DNA of 64,000 nucleotides from an uncultured Methanolobus sp. (lineage in GTDB: Archaea; Halobacteriota; Methanosarcinia; Methanosarcinales; Methanosarcinaceae). Made by a program: the position numbers and the translations under genes. The stretch covers positions 800,001-864,000 of the forward strand of contig OY776215.1 in assembly GCA_963675495.1 (NCBI GenBank). Direction: 5' to 3'. Below the pieces are notes generated by a model, which saw only the letters and a list, made by a program, of their open reading frames with translations, was not told the DNA's origin and did no database searches. Below, in pieces: positions 41,310 through 52,502 of the stretch; positions within the stretch are counted from its first letter, which is position 1; every line of letters starts with the position of its first letter.

Positions 41310-42107
41310 ATGAGACAAACAACCGTTGCCGGTCAGTTCTATCCGCATAATCCGAAAAGTCTTAAAAAAGAACTTAGCAGGTGCTTCAAGGTTCTGGCAA
41401 TTTCAGAAAAGCCAATTCTTGGTGCTGTTGTACCTCACGCCGGATACGTGTATTCGGGTGAGGTGGCAGCACATGCATATGCTCAATTACCCAGAGCAGA
41501 CACCTATGTCCTGTTTGGACCAAACCATACAGGATACGGATCTGCTGTGGCAATGTCCCAGGATACATGGACGACCCCTCTTGGAGTTGTTGAAACAGAC
41601 AGGGAAATTGGAAAGCTGCTTGCGGGAACCATCATAGACTTTGATGAGCTTGCACACCATTTTGAACATTCTATTGAAGTGCAGATACCTTTTTTGCAGC
41701 ACAGGTTTGGCAGTGATTTCAAGATACTCCCCGTATGCATGGGTCTTCAAGATGAAGAAACCGCAATAGAAGTGGGGGAAGAACTTGCAAGGGCCGTTAA
41801 GGCTTCAGGAAAGAAAGTGGTGTTCATCGCATCAAGTGATTTTACTCATTACCAGCCTGCTGCAATTGCAAGTGATAATGATCAGTATCTCATCGAGCCA
41901 ATACTTGAAATGGATATTCCTGAATTTTACAGACGTAAAGAAGAAAGGAATATTTCAGCATGCGGATTTGGCCCTATAGCAGCAATGCTTGCAGCTACAA
42001 TGGAATTTGGTGCCAGGAAAGCATCACTGTTAAAATATGCAAACAGTGGAGACGTGACCGGAGACATGTCAGGAGTTGTCGGATACGCGGCAATTACCGT
42101 GGAGTGA
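41310..42107 (+). CDS. MEMO1 family protein (AmmeMemoRadiSam protein B)
   Basis: VAGQFYP, PHAGYVYSG, GPNH, EHSIEVQIPF, SSDFTHY, CGFGP. Confidence 0.92.
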   Translation: MRQTTVAGQFYPHNPKSLKKELSRCFKVLAISEKPILGAVVPHAGYVYSGEVAAHAYAQLPRADTYVLFGPNHTGYGSAVAMSQDTWTTPLGVVETDREIGKLLAGTIIDFDELAHHFEHSIEVQIPFLQHRFGSDFKILPVCMGLQDEETAIEVGEELARAVKASGKKVVFIASSDFTHYQPAAIASDNDQYLIEPILEMDIPEFYRRKEERNISACGFGPIAAMLAATMEFGARKASLLKYANSGDVTGDMSGVVGYAAITVE

Positions 42108-42131
42108 ATATCAATATCAAAAGGACATCCT

Positions 42132-43049
42132 ATGATAACATGTTCGGCACCCGGGAAAGTTTACCTTTTTGGTGAACATGCAGTAGTGTATGGTGAAAGC
42201 GCCATCTGCTGTGCAATAGAACTTCGCACGAAGGTACACGTGCAGAAAGATAGCGATATAATAATTGAATCAGTTCTTGGAACCACAGGACTTGATTTTG
42301 AAATACACCCATACATATCCCATGTCATCGAGAAAATGCGACAGATGACAGACATAGAAGGACTTAGAATTAAGATAGAATCAGAGCTTCCAGTGGGTTC
42401 CGGACTTGGATCATCAGCCGCAGTCACTGTTGCAACTATACAGGCATTGAACCACTTATATGAATGTGACCTTTCGCTCGAAGATATTGCGAAGACCGGA
42501 CATGAAATAGAGAAGATGGTACAGGGCAATGCGAGCCCCACAGACACATATGTGAGTACCATGGGCGGTGTTGTGATGATACCCCAACGAAAGAAGCTTC
42601 AACTTATTAAATGTCCAATTGTGATCGGCAATACGAACAAGTTTTCCTCTACAAAGGAGCTTGTAGGAAATGTTGCGAAGCTTCGTAGAGAATTTCCTAC
42701 TGTAATTGACCCAATACTTTCCAATATTGGCCAGATGTCCATAGTTGCTGAAAAATTCGTCAATGAAAACGACTACATAACCATAGGCAAGCTCATGAAT
42801 GTTAATCAGGGACTTCTCGATGCTATTGGTGTCGGAAGTGCGGAACTTTCATCCCTTGTATATGCAGCACGCAAAAATGGTGCCATAAGTGCTAAAATAA
42901 CAGGTGCTGGCGGTGGAGGATGTATGGTTGCACTTGCAGAAGACGAAAATGCAACGGATGTTTCAAGAGCCATTGAAAAAGCAGGCGGAGAAGCCATTAT
43001 TACTAAAAATACAGAAGAAGGCGTACGACTGGAGTCATTAAATGGATAA
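42132..43049 (+). CDS. mvk: Mevalonate kinase
   Basis: APGKVYLFGEHAVVYG, PVGSGLGSSAA, KITGAGGGG. Confidence 0.95.
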   Translation: MITCSAPGKVYLFGEHAVVYGESAICCAIELRTKVHVQKDSDIIIESVLGTTGLDFEIHPYISHVIEKMRQMTDIEGLRIKIESELPVGSGLGSSAAVTVATIQALNHLYECDLSLEDIAKTGHEIEKMVQGNASPTDTYVSTMGGVVMIPQRKKLQLIKCPIVIGNTNKFSSTKELVGNVAKLRREFPTVIDPILSNIGQMSIVAEKFVNENDYITIGKLMNVNQGLLDAIGVGSAELSSLVYAARKNGAISAKITGAGGGGCMVALAEDENATDVSRAIEKAGGEAIITKNTEEGVRLESLNG

Positions 43050-43812
43050 CAATAGTATCACCATCTTAAAGATTGGTGGCAGTGTCATCACTGACAAAAG
43101 TGCTGATGACGGTGCTGCAAGAATGGATGAAATTAAGCGTATTGCCAGTGAAATTGCAGATTTTGACGGTAAACTTATCATCGTGCATGGAGCCGGTTCC
43201 TTCGGCCATCCGCAGGTCAAACGCTTTGGACTGACAGGAAAATTCGATCACGCAGGGTCGATAATAACACACATGTCCGTAAGGGAACTAAACACCACGG
43301 TAGTCGAGACCCTGAATTCTGCAGGAGTGAATGCGTTACCATTACACCCAATGGCCTGTACAGTGTCTGAAAACAGCCGAATAAAGAGTATGTTCCTTGA
43401 ACAGATAGAGGAAATGCTTGCAAATGGTTTTGTTCCTGTGTTACATGGAGACATGGTAATGGACACTGAACTTGGAACTTCAGTGCTTTCCGGAGACCAG
43501 ATAGTCCCATATCTGGCAATACAGATGAAAGCATCAAGAATTGGTATCGGAAGTGCTGAAGAAGGTGTACTTGACAATAAGAATGAAGTTATACCAAAGA
43601 TCAGCAATGAAAACTTCGATGAAGTCAGGGAATACCTTGGAGGATCATCCAAAACTGATGTCACCGGTGGTATGCTGGGAAAAGTACTTGAGCTTTTAAA
43701 TCTTAGTGAGCAGTCAAGTAGCACTTCTTATATATTCAATGCAGGCAATTCAGGGAACATATCCGATTTCCTGAAAGGAAAGAATATCGGCACCGCAATT
43801 TCTGGTGTCTGA
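43042..43812 (+). CDS. ipk: Isopentenyl phosphate kinase
   Basis: LKIGGSVITDK, VHGAGSFGH, PVLHGD, SGD, DVTGGM. Confidence 0.93.
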   Translation: MDNNSITILKIGGSVITDKSADDGAARMDEIKRIASEIADFDGKLIIVHGAGSFGHPQVKRFGLTGKFDHAGSIITHMSVRELNTTVVETLNSAGVNALPLHPMACTVSENSRIKSMFLEQIEEMLANGFVPVLHGDMVMDTELGTSVLSGDQIVPYLAIQMKASRIGIGSAEEGVLDNKNEVIPKISNENFDEVREYLGGSSKTDVTGGMLGKVLELLNLSEQSSSTSYIFNAGNSGNISDFLKGKNIGTAISGV

Positions 43813-43837
43813 ACAATATAGATATTAAGGTATTATT

Positions 43838-44941
43838 ATGAGCACTTCCAGGAGAAAGATAGAGCATCTAGAGTTATGCGCTGCAAGCCCGGTAGAATCA
43901 AGGAAAATTGGACCAGGATTCAAGGATGTCATGCTGGTGCACAGGGCTTTGCCAGAGATGGACATGGATGAGATCGATCTGTCTGTCCGTTTTCTGGAAA
44001 AGGACATGAATGCACCTTTCATGATAGCATCCATAACCGGCGGACATCCGGATACAAAACCTGTCAATGCTGCACTTGCAGAAGCTGCAGAAGAACTGGG
44101 AATTGGAATTGGCGTTGGAAGCCAGAGAGCAGCCATAGAAGACCCTTCACAGGAAGAATCTTTCAGCATTGTCAGGGATAAAGCACCCAGTGCATTTGTA
44201 TATGGGAATATTGGTGCTGCACAAATACGAGAATATGGCGTTGAAGGCGTAGAAAAGATCATTGAAATGATCGATGCAGATGCCATTGCAATTCATCTGA
44301 ACTTCCTTCAGGAAGCAATACAACCAGAAGGTGACAGAGATGCTTCTGGAGCACTGGATGTCATAAAAGAAATCTGTTCCCTAGCAGTACCTGTGATCAT
44401 TAAAGAAACAGGTGCAGGAATATCACATGAAGACGCATTACTCCTCAAAGATGCAGGAGCCTCAGCCATAGACGTAGGTGGTGTGGGAGGTACCAGCTGG
44501 TCCGGTGTGGAAGTATATCGTGCCAGGGAGAGAAAAGACCTGGAATCTGAATTACTAGGAGAATTGTTCTGGGATTTCGGCATACCCACTGTTCCAAGTA
44601 TAGTGGAATGCAGCGTGTTTTTACCAGTAATAGCAACCGGCGGACTTAGAACGGGCTTGGATATTGCAAAGTCACTTGCACTTGGTGCATCTGTTGCGAG
44701 TGCTGCGCTTCCTTTTGTTGAGCCGGCATTAAAAGGAAAAGATGAGGTCGTAAGCAGCATTCAGCATATGCTGAATGAACTCAAAGTAGCAATGTTCCTT
44801 TGCGGCTACAAAGATGTGAAAGACCTGCATCTGGCACCCACTGTGATCAGTGGCTGGACAAGAGAGTATCTTGAAATGCGTGGCTTTAACGTGAAAGACC
44901 TTGCTCTTCGTTCAAAGAACACTGATTTCCAGAGAGTTTAA
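43838..44941 (+). CDS. fni: Type 2 isopentenyl-diphosphate delta-isomerase
   Basis: RKIEHL, ITGG, GVGSQR, HLNFLQE.IQPEGD, KETGAG, GGTSW. Confidence 0.95.
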   Translation: MSTSRRKIEHLELCAASPVESRKIGPGFKDVMLVHRALPEMDMDEIDLSVRFLEKDMNAPFMIASITGGHPDTKPVNAALAEAAEELGIGIGVGSQRAAIEDPSQEESFSIVRDKAPSAFVYGNIGAAQIREYGVEGVEKIIEMIDADAIAIHLNFLQEAIQPEGDRDASGALDVIKEICSLAVPVIIKETGAGISHEDALLLKDAGASAIDVGGVGGTSWSGVEVYRARERKDLESELLGELFWDFGIPTVPSIVECSVFLPVIATGGLRTGLDIAKSLALGASVASAALPFVEPALKGKDEVVSSIQHMLNELKVAMFLCGYKDVKDLHLAPTVISGWTREYLEMRGFNVKDLALRSKNTDFQRV

Positions 44942-45001
44942 CATTCATCAAATAAGGGGATACTTAAATAAAACACATATAATAATTAGAGAGATATACA
45001 T

Positions 45002-46348
45002 ATGACTGAAATAGGAATCATTGCAGTTGGCGGCTATAACGAAATGGGCCGTAACATGACTGCTATCAGGATCAATGATGACATAATCATCGTTGATATG
45101 GGCCTTCGTCTGGACAGAGTCCAGATACATGAGGACGTAGAGATCGACAAGATGCACTCGCTTGAACTTATTGAGATGGGAGCCATTCCTGACGACACAA
45201 TCATGAAGGAAGTCAACGGGAATGTACGTGCAATTGTCTGCACACACGGTCACCTTGACCATATTGGTGCAATATCAAAACTTGCACACAGATACACAGC
45301 TCCTATAATAGGAACGCCTTATACAACAACCCTCATTAAACATCAAATAGAATCCGAGAGAAAATTCGGAGTAAAGAACAACATCGTGTCAATGAATGCC
45401 GGCGGCACAATGGAAATAACAAAAGATATTTCCATCGAATTTGTCAATGCCCAACACAGCATAATTGATACCATTTTCCTTGTAGTCCATACAGTAAGTG
45501 GTGCTATAATCTACGCTTGTGACTTTAAGCTTGACAGGACACCTACACTTGGAGAAGCACCTGACTTTGACAGACTCAAGCAGCTTGGAGAAGAAGGAGT
45601 TATTGCACTTATTACAGAAAGTACAAATTCCGGTCGTAACGGAAAAACTCCATCTGAAATGATAGCTCATTCAATGCTAAGGGATGTACTTATCGAGACA
45701 GAAGAATCAGATGTAGGCATGATCGTAACAACCTTTGCATCACATGTAGCCCGAATGAACTCTATTGTTAAGTTCGCAGAAGAAATGGGAAGAATCCCTG
45801 TACTTATGGGCAGGTCCATGGAGAGATACATTGCAACTGCGCACCAGATGGGATACATCGACCTTCCTGAATCAGTAGAGATATATGGCAACCGCAGGGA
45901 GATAGACAAGGCCCTTGCAAGGATCATGGAAGGTGGAAAAGATAAATACCTGCCAGTGGTCACAGGCCATCAGGGAGAACCTGGCGCTGTGCTTGGAAGA
46001 ATTGCAAGTGGAGATACACCTTTCAAGATAGACAAAGGTGACAGGATCATATTCTCTGCTAATATAATACCAAATCCAATGACACAGGCAAACCGCTATG
46101 CACTTGAGACTAAATTGAAGATGCGTGGAGCCAGGATATATGACAATGTCCATGTTTCAGGACACGCATACCGTGAAGACCACTGGGAATTGCTAAGGAT
46201 GTTGAAACCCGAACATGTAGTACCCGCACACGGAACCATACAAATGCACAGTGAATACATACAGATGGCAGAAGATGCAGGGTACATACTTGGAGATACT
46301 CTCCACCTCCTAAGGAATGGAGAAGAACTCTACATTGAGGAAGAGTAA
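45002..46348 (+). CDS. rnj: RNase J family beta-CASP ribonuclease
   Basis: GGYNEMGRNM, THGHLDHIG, HSIID, TGHQGEP, HVSGHA. Confidence 0.93.
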   Translation: MTEIGIIAVGGYNEMGRNMTAIRINDDIIIVDMGLRLDRVQIHEDVEIDKMHSLELIEMGAIPDDTIMKEVNGNVRAIVCTHGHLDHIGAISKLAHRYTAPIIGTPYTTTLIKHQIESERKFGVKNNIVSMNAGGTMEITKDISIEFVNAQHSIIDTIFLVVHTVSGAIIYACDFKLDRTPTLGEAPDFDRLKQLGEEGVIALITESTNSGRNGKTPSEMIAHSMLRDVLIETEESDVGMIVTTFASHVARMNSIVKFAEEMGRIPVLMGRSMERYIATAHQMGYIDLPESVEIYGNRREIDKALARIMEGGKDKYLPVVTGHQGEPGAVLGRIASGDTPFKIDKGDRIIFSANIIPNPMTQANRYALETKLKMRGARIYDNVHVSGHAYREDHWELLRMLKPEHVVPAHGTIQMHSEYIQMAEDAGYILGDTLHLLRNGEELYIEEE

Positions 46349-46369
46349 TTAGTTTAGACAGGGATCTTT

Positions 46370-47335
46370 ATGGATTTGATCGAAGAGATTAAAAAGCGCT
46401 CAAAGCATGTTGATAAAGGAATAGAGGAATACCTCCCAATCGACAAACCATATGAGCTTTATAAGGCAGCTAGATACCTTCCTGACGCAGGTGGTAAAAG
46501 GTTGCGTCCGGCAACAGTCATTCTTGCAGCAGAAGCTGTGGGATCAGATCTTGAAACAGTTCTTCCGGCCGCAGTGGCAGTTGAACTGGTCCATAATTTC
46601 ACACTTGTTCACGATGACATAATGGACAGGGATGATATACGCCGCGGAATGCCTGCAGTCCATGTCAAATGGGGAGAAGCAGGAGCAATCCTTGCTGGCG
46701 ATACCCTTTACTCGAAAGCTTTCGAGATACTTACACATGCACCAGGAGAACCTAAGCGCATCCTTAAATGTATCGACATACTTTCCAAGACATGTAGAGA
46801 CATTTGTGAGGGTCAGTGGCTTGATGTGGAATTCGAGGACCGCATGGATGTTACAAAGGAAGAATATCTCGAAATGATCGAGAAGAAAACCGGTGTACTT
46901 TATGCTGCTTCCCTGCAAATTGGTGCCATTCTGGGTGGTGCATCTGATGAAGTTGCCGATGCATTCTATGAGTGTGGAAGATTAATTGGTATAGCTTTCC
47001 AGATATATGATGATGTCATTGACATGACAACCCCTGAAGAAGTGCTGGGAAAGGTCAGAGGCAGTGACCTTATGGAAGGTAAGAAAACCCTCATAGCCAT
47101 ACATGCTCTGAATAATGGTGTGGACCTTAAGATATTCGGTAAAGGAAAAGCCACAACTGAAGAGATCAATGAGGCTGTTCATCAACTGGAAGAGGCAGGC
47201 TCAATAGATTATGTAAGCGATCTTGCACTGGGCTATGTAGCAAAAGGCAAAGAGCTTCTTGATGTTGTTGAGGATTCTGATTCAAAGACCATACTTCTGG
47301 CAATTGCAGATTATATGATCACAAGATCATATTGA
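46370..47335 (+). CDS. idsA: Geranylgeranyl diphosphate synthase (polyprenyl synthetase)
   Basis: GGKRLRP, HDDIMD..RRG, FQIYDD, GSDL.EGKKT. Confidence 0.92.
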   Translation: MDLIEEIKKRSKHVDKGIEEYLPIDKPYELYKAARYLPDAGGKRLRPATVILAAEAVGSDLETVLPAAVAVELVHNFTLVHDDIMDRDDIRRGMPAVHVKWGEAGAILAGDTLYSKAFEILTHAPGEPKRILKCIDILSKTCRDICEGQWLDVEFEDRMDVTKEEYLEMIEKKTGVLYAASLQIGAILGGASDEVADAFYECGRLIGIAFQIYDDVIDMTTPEEVLGKVRGSDLMEGKKTLIAIHALNNGVDLKIFGKGKATTEEINEAVHQLEEAGSIDYVSDLALGYVAKGKELLDVVEDSDSKTILLAIADYMITRSY

Positions 47336-47338
47336 TCT

Positions 47339-47372
47339 GTTCTTTCTCTTTTTTGTTTTTTATCTTATTTTT
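47339..47372 (+). terminator. Oligo-T terminator after the isoprenoid operon
   Basis: ttctttctctttttttgttttttatcttattttt right after the stop; convergent with ppdK. Confidence 0.5.
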
Positions 47373-47491
47373 AAGAGCTACGCTTTTAGCCTATTCTAGT
47401 TACCATTTAGGACGAGTGATGCTGAAAATACCCCAATAACTGAAAGTACTCAGTTGTAAATAATCAAGAAAAAAGAAAGAATATTGAAAAA

Positions 47492-50170
47492 TCAGGAGTT
47501 GTCCTGTTTTTCAATTGCAGCCTGTGCTGCGGAAAGTCTTGCAATTGGTACACGGAAAGGTGAGCAACTTACGTAGTTCAGTCCGACGTTATATCCGAAC
47601 TTTACAGAGCTTGGTTCTCCACCGTGTTCACCACATATACCTATCTTAAGATCAGGTCTTGTGGAGCGTCCCTTTTCAATACCGATCCTGACAAGTTCAC
47701 CAACGCCTTCCTGGTCAAGGACTGCAAAAGGATCGTTATCAAGTATTGAATTCTCGACATAGAATGGAAGGAACTTACCTGCATCATCCCTGCTGAAACC
47801 AAAGGTTGTCTGCGTAAGATCATTGGTTCCGAATGAGAAGAACTCTGCTTCCTTTGCTATCTGGTCAGCTGTCAGAGCAGCTCTTGGAAGTTCGATCATT
47901 GTACCTACAAGATACTCCAGCTCGACACAGTTTTTGGCTATCACGGCTTCTGCGACTTCAACAAGATCCTTCTTGGCAGAACGGAGTTCATTAACGTGAG
48001 ATATCAGAGGGATCATAATTTCAGGAACTATATCCATGCCCTCGGACTTCAGCTCACATGCAGCTTCCATTATAGCCCGGACCTGCATTGCATAGATCTC
48101 AGGGTATGTGATACCAAGACGGCAACCACGGTGTCCTAACATCGGATTTGTCTCTACCATAGAGTCAACGCGTTCCATCAGCTTTTTGATATCTTCCATG
48201 CTTTGGGAACTGCCACCTTCTGCTTCAAGAGCCCTTAACTTATCTGCAAGCTCTTCGTGTTTTGGAAGGAACTCATGCAGAGGCGGATCAAGAAGACGAA
48301 TGGTTACAGGATAACCTTCCATTGCCCTGAACATACCTATGAAGTCTTCTTTCTGCATCGGAAGAAGCTTATCAAGAGCTGCTCTTCTCACATTGGTATC
48401 TTCAGCCAGTATCATATCCCTTACTGCAGGAATACGGTCCTCTCCAAAGAACATGTGTTCGGTTCTGCAAAGTCCAATGCCTTCGGCACCGAATTCCCTG
48501 GCAACCTTAGCATCATGAGGCGTATCTGCGTTTGTCCTGACACCCATATCCCTTACTTCATCTGCCCATGAAAGGAGTATATCAAGTTCACCGCTTACAC
48601 CAGGAGTGATCAAATCGACTTTACCAATAATGAGACCACCAGTAGCTCCATCCACTGTAATGTAGTCCCCTTCCTTCACAGTAACATCACGGACTGCAAA
48701 TGTCGAGTTAGCCATGTCAATCGTGATTGCACCACAGCCGGCAACACATGGTTTGCCCATACCTCTTGCAACAACAGCCGCATGAGAGGTCATACCCCCT
48801 CTTACAGTGAGTATTCCCTGCGCAGCATCCATACCGCCTATATCCTCAGGGGATGTTTCGGTACGAACAAGAATGACCTTTTCGTTATTCTTTGCCATTT
48901 CTTCAGCATGCTCTGCAGTAAAAACGACTTTACCAACAGCGGCTCCCGGGGATGCAGGAAGACCTGTGGCAAGAACTTCATATTCAGCTTGAGAATCAAT
49001 AGTTGGATGTAAAAGATTATCGATCTGTTCAGGAGAGACACGCATGAGAGCTGTTCGTTTGTCAATGAGTCCTTCATTGACCATGTCAACAGCCGTTTTC
49101 AAGGCCGCTGCAGCAGTGCGTTTGCCTGCTCTTGTTTGAAGCATGTACAATATGCCGTCCTCAATCGTAAATTCGATATCCTGCATGTCCTTGAAGTGGT
49201 TTTCCAGTTTCTTGTAGATCTCTTCAAGTTTTGCATAAGCTTCAGGCATTGTTTCTTCAAGGGTCGCTATTGGTTCAGGCGTCCTTATACCTGCAACGAC
49301 ATCTTCCCCCTGAGCATTCATCAGATACTCACCGAAGAAGCGCTTGTCCCCTGTTGCAGGGTCTCTTGTAAATGCTACACCTGTACCTGATGTCTCACCC
49401 ATGTTCCCATAGACCATGGATTGTACATTTACAGCTGTACCCCATTCACCCGGGATGCTGTTAAGACGTCTGTAGGTGATCGCACGCTGATTGTTCCATG
49501 AACTGAATACGGCATCAATAGCCATTTGGAGCTGCTTGCGTGGGTCCTGAGGGAAATCATTACCGGTTTCATCCCTTATTATATTCTTGAAGGTATCAAC
49601 AAGCTCTTTAAGAGACTCTGCATTAAGTTCCGTATCAAGAGTTACACCAAGTTCCTTTTTCTTTGCACTCAGAACAGATTCGAACTTATGATGTTCAATA
49701 TCCAGCACAACATCACCAAACATGGTGAGGAACCTGCGGTAGCTGTCATAGGCGAACCTTTCATTACCAGCCTTCTTTGCCAGGCCTGCTACAGTATCAT
49801 CATTCAACCCAAGGTTTAGAACAGTATCCATCATACCAGGCATGGAAACCCGTGCACCGGACCTGACTGAAATAAGCAAAGGATTTTCATTGTCTCCGAA
49901 CTTTTTGCCAGTTACCTTTTCAAGCTTTAATATTGCATTATTTATCTGGTCAATAACCTCGGTTGGATAAACCCCCTTCTCAAGATAAAGTAAACAAACC
50001 TCAGTTGTTATGGTGAATCCTGGTGGAACAGGGATTCCCAGATTGGCCATCTCTGCAAGGTTGGCTCCTTTGCCACCAAGCAGATCTTTCATACTATTTT
50101 TACCTTCAGTTTCTTCGTTCCCGAAAAAATATACAAATTTATTATCTGCCACCGAATTTCCTCCACGCAT
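47492..50170 (-). CDS. ppdK: Pyruvate, phosphate dikinase
   Basis: LGGKGANL, SVRSGA..SMPGMMDT, GGMTSHAAVVAR, GIGLCRTEHMF, SFGTNDLTQ, GICGEHGG; true start may be GTG at 50152. Confidence 0.97.
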   Translation of the reverse strand: MRGGNSVADNKFVYFFGNEETEGKNSMKDLLGGKGANLAEMANLGIPVPPGFTITTEVCLLYLEKGVYPTEVIDQINNAILKLEKVTGKKFGDNENPLLISVRSGARVSMPGMMDTVLNLGLNDDTVAGLAKKAGNERFAYDSYRRFLTMFGDVVLDIEHHKFESVLSAKKKELGVTLDTELNAESLKELVDTFKNIIRDETGNDFPQDPRKQLQMAIDAVFSSWNNQRAITYRRLNSIPGEWGTAVNVQSMVYGNMGETSGTGVAFTRDPATGDKRFFGEYLMNAQGEDVVAGIRTPEPIATLEETMPEAYAKLEEIYKKLENHFKDMQDIEFTIEDGILYMLQTRAGKRTAAAALKTAVDMVNEGLIDKRTALMRVSPEQIDNLLHPTIDSQAEYEVLATGLPASPGAAVGKVVFTAEHAEEMAKNNEKVILVRTETSPEDIGGMDAAQGILTVRGGMTSHAAVVARGMGKPCVAGCGAITIDMANSTFAVRDVTVKEGDYITVDGATGGLIIGKVDLITPGVSGELDILLSWADEVRDMGVRTNADTPHDAKVAREFGAEGIGLCRTEHMFFGEDRIPAVRDMILAEDTNVRRAALDKLLPMQKEDFIGMFRAMEGYPVTIRLLDPPLHEFLPKHEELADKLRALEAEGGSSQSMEDIKKLMERVDSMVETNPMLGHRGCRLGITYPEIYAMQVRAIMEAACELKSEGMDIVPEIMIPLISHVNELRSAKKDLVEVAEAVIAKNCVELEYLVGTMIELPRAALTADQIAKEAEFFSFGTNDLTQTTFGFSRDDAGKFLPFYVENSILDNDPFAVLDQEGVGELVRIGIEKGRSTRPDLKIGICGEHGGEPSSVKFGYNVGLNYVSCSPFRVPIARLSAAQAAIEKQDNS

Positions 50171-50401
50171 AAGAATATATGATGGACATTTAAGTATTGT
50201 AATTTAAATTAGTGCTGTAAGTCGAGCCACAATTGTTTTTTTATCTCTTTAAGGTTGTGGTCTGTGAAAGGATAACACAGTCCGAAAAAGAATGGATATG
50301 TTTTTGTACTGAAAAAAATAAGTATTAAAATGCTTACGATAATTATATATACTATAAACGTACCATATAGTACAAAACCTAAATATAATGAATGAAGACA
50401 T

Positions 50402-50662
50402 ATGAAAAGATTAGGTCAAATACTGCATATTTCAAAGCAGAATGAAATCGTTGTTAGAGGGGACGAGAAACAATTTTCTGGGTCAATGAAGGAGCTACCT
50501 AGAGTTAACTCTTTTGTCCTGGATAAATCCATTAAGCCCATCGGAAAGGTTTCCGGCATATTTGGTCCTGTGGACCAGCCTTATTTTACTCTGAAACCTG
50601 ATAAGAGAATTATAGCTAGCGGATTGGAAAAACTTGTTAATGAGCGAGTTTACGTTCAATGA
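50402..50662 (+). CDS. gar1: H/ACA RNP protein Gar1/Naf1 family
   Basis: MKRLG..LH, IGKV..IFGPV..PY; usual position upstream of tfb. Confidence 0.88.
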   Translation: MKRLGQILHISKQNEIVVRGDEKQFSGSMKELPRVNSFVLDKSIKPIGKVSGIFGPVDQPYFTLKPDKRIIASGLEKLVNERVYVQ

Positions 50663-50763
50663 TGAATTGAATTAAACTATAAGTATTTACGCTGTGAGCT
50701 GTGAATGACTAAAAATACACTTACCAAATATATTTTACATAATGTTTATTAAAGGTGATTTAA

Positions 50764-51777
50764 ATGGTCGAAGTTGAAAGGGTACGATATTCCGATACTT
50801 CCGAAAGGGAGAAGATACGTGCAATGATCAAGGCACGTAAAGAGAAAGATAAGAACTTAGACGTTGAAAAAGCAAAGGTCCAGTGCCCCGAGTGTGGCAG
50901 CCGCAACCTTGTACAGGACTACGAGAGAGCAGAGCTCGTATGTTCTGACTGTGGACTTGTAGTTGACGCAGAGTTCGTTGATGAAGGACCCGAATGGCGT
51001 GCTTTCGATCATGACCAGAGGATGAAGCGTTCCCGTGTGGGCGCACCAATGACCTACACGATACACGACAAAGGTCTGTCAACTATGATAGACTGGAGGA
51101 ACCGTGATTCATACGGAAAATCTATTTCATCAAAGAACAGGGCCCAGCTTTACAGGCTGAGAAAATGGCAACGTAGGATAAGAGTAAGCAATGCTACGGA
51201 AAGGAACCTTGCGTTCGCATTGTCCGAACTGGACCGTATGGCATCAGCTCTTGGTCTTCCAAGAACTGTTCGTGAGACTGCTGCTGTAGTCTACAGGAAA
51301 GCAGTCGACAAGAACCTCATCCGTGGAAGGAGCATTGAAGGTGTTGCCGCAGCAGCATTGTATGCAGCATGCCGCCAGTGCAGTGTCCCAAGGACACTTG
51401 ATGAGATAGGAGAAGTATCAAGGGTAAGCAGGAAAGAGATCGGAAGGACATACCGTTTCATCTCAAGAGAACTGTCCCTGAAGCTTATGCCAACCTCACC
51501 AATAGACTATGTCCCAAGATTCTGCTCAGGACTTAACCTTAAAGGTGAAGTTCAGTCCAGAGGCGTGGAGATTCTCAGGCAGGCTTCCGAGAAAGAGCTT
51601 ACCAGTGGCCGTGGGCCAACCGGTGTAGCTGCTGCAGCCATCTATATTGCATCCATTCTTTGTGGAGAGCGCCGTACACAGCGTGAGGTTGCTGATGTTG
51701 CCGGTGTGACAGAGGTCACTATCCGTAACAGATACAAAGAGCTTGCAGAAGAGCTTGATATTGAGATCATTCTCTGA
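50764..51777 (+). CDS. tfb: Transcription initiation factor IIB
   Basis: CPECG..C..CG Zn ribbon, GPEWRAF, HDKGL, two cyclin repeats. Confidence 0.97.
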   Translation: MVEVERVRYSDTSEREKIRAMIKARKEKDKNLDVEKAKVQCPECGSRNLVQDYERAELVCSDCGLVVDAEFVDEGPEWRAFDHDQRMKRSRVGAPMTYTIHDKGLSTMIDWRNRDSYGKSISSKNRAQLYRLRKWQRRIRVSNATERNLAFALSELDRMASALGLPRTVRETAAVVYRKAVDKNLIRGRSIEGVAAAALYAACRQCSVPRTLDEIGEVSRVSRKEIGRTYRFISRELSLKLMPTSPIDYVPRFCSGLNLKGEVQSRGVEILRQASEKELTSGRGPTGVAAAAIYIASILCGERRTQREVADVAGVTEVTIRNRYKELAEELDIEIIL

Positions 51778-51888
51778 GAACGCTGTCAAAATTCTGAAAC
51801 GAAGGAAGACCGTACCACCTCTTCCTTTGTTCCACATACTTTTTTCCAAATCTTTTTTACCATTTAGCCGGATTAACCAGTGTAAACT

Positions 51889-52500
51889 ATGTTAGAACTT
51901 CTGGAAATGCTGACAATAGGATTTGCCATGGGCATGACAGGTGCGCTTGTACCTGGACCAATGCTATTCGCTACGATAGATACGTCCCTGAAGAAAGGCT
52001 GGAAAGCTGGCCCCGAGATATTCATAGGCCACGCAATACTGGAATTTCTGGTCTGCATACTGATAATATTTGGTATCACAGCAGTTAGTGACAACACGGT
52101 CATGACAATATCCATACTCGGAGGAGCCACCCTTATTATGTTCGGCATCCTGACAATGAGAAATGCAAAGGGTGCGGCAGACTCAATGCATGAGCATGGA
52201 AATGCGAGCTCAAATCCAGTGCTTGCCGGAATAATCACATCAGCCTCAAACCCTTATTTCTGGCTCTGGTGGCTAGCTGCAGGAAGTGCGCTCGTACTAC
52301 GAGGACTTGAGATAAGTCTGCTTGCTGCAGCCATGTTCATGATAGGACACTGGTTAGCAGACCTTGGTTATTTCACATTTGTCTCTACATCATTCAGCAA
52401 AGGAAAGAAACTCATGTCCCCAAAAGTTTATGAAAGGGTACTGATGTCTTGTGGTCTGTTCCTTGTCCTGTTCGGGTCATGGTTTATCATAGGTACGTAG
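51889..52500 (+). CDS. LysE family transporter
   Basis: GAL.PGPM, G...GH, SNPYFWLWW, ~6 TM. Confidence 0.85.
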   Translation: MLELLEMLTIGFAMGMTGALVPGPMLFATIDTSLKKGWKAGPEIFIGHAILEFLVCILIIFGITAVSDNTVMTISILGGATLIMFGILTMRNAKGAADSMHEHGNASSNPVLAGIITSASNPYFWLWWLAAGSALVLRGLEISLLAAAMFMIGHWLADLGYFTFVSTSFSKGKKLMSPKVYERVLMSCGLFLVLFGSWFIIGT

Positions 52501-52502
52501 AC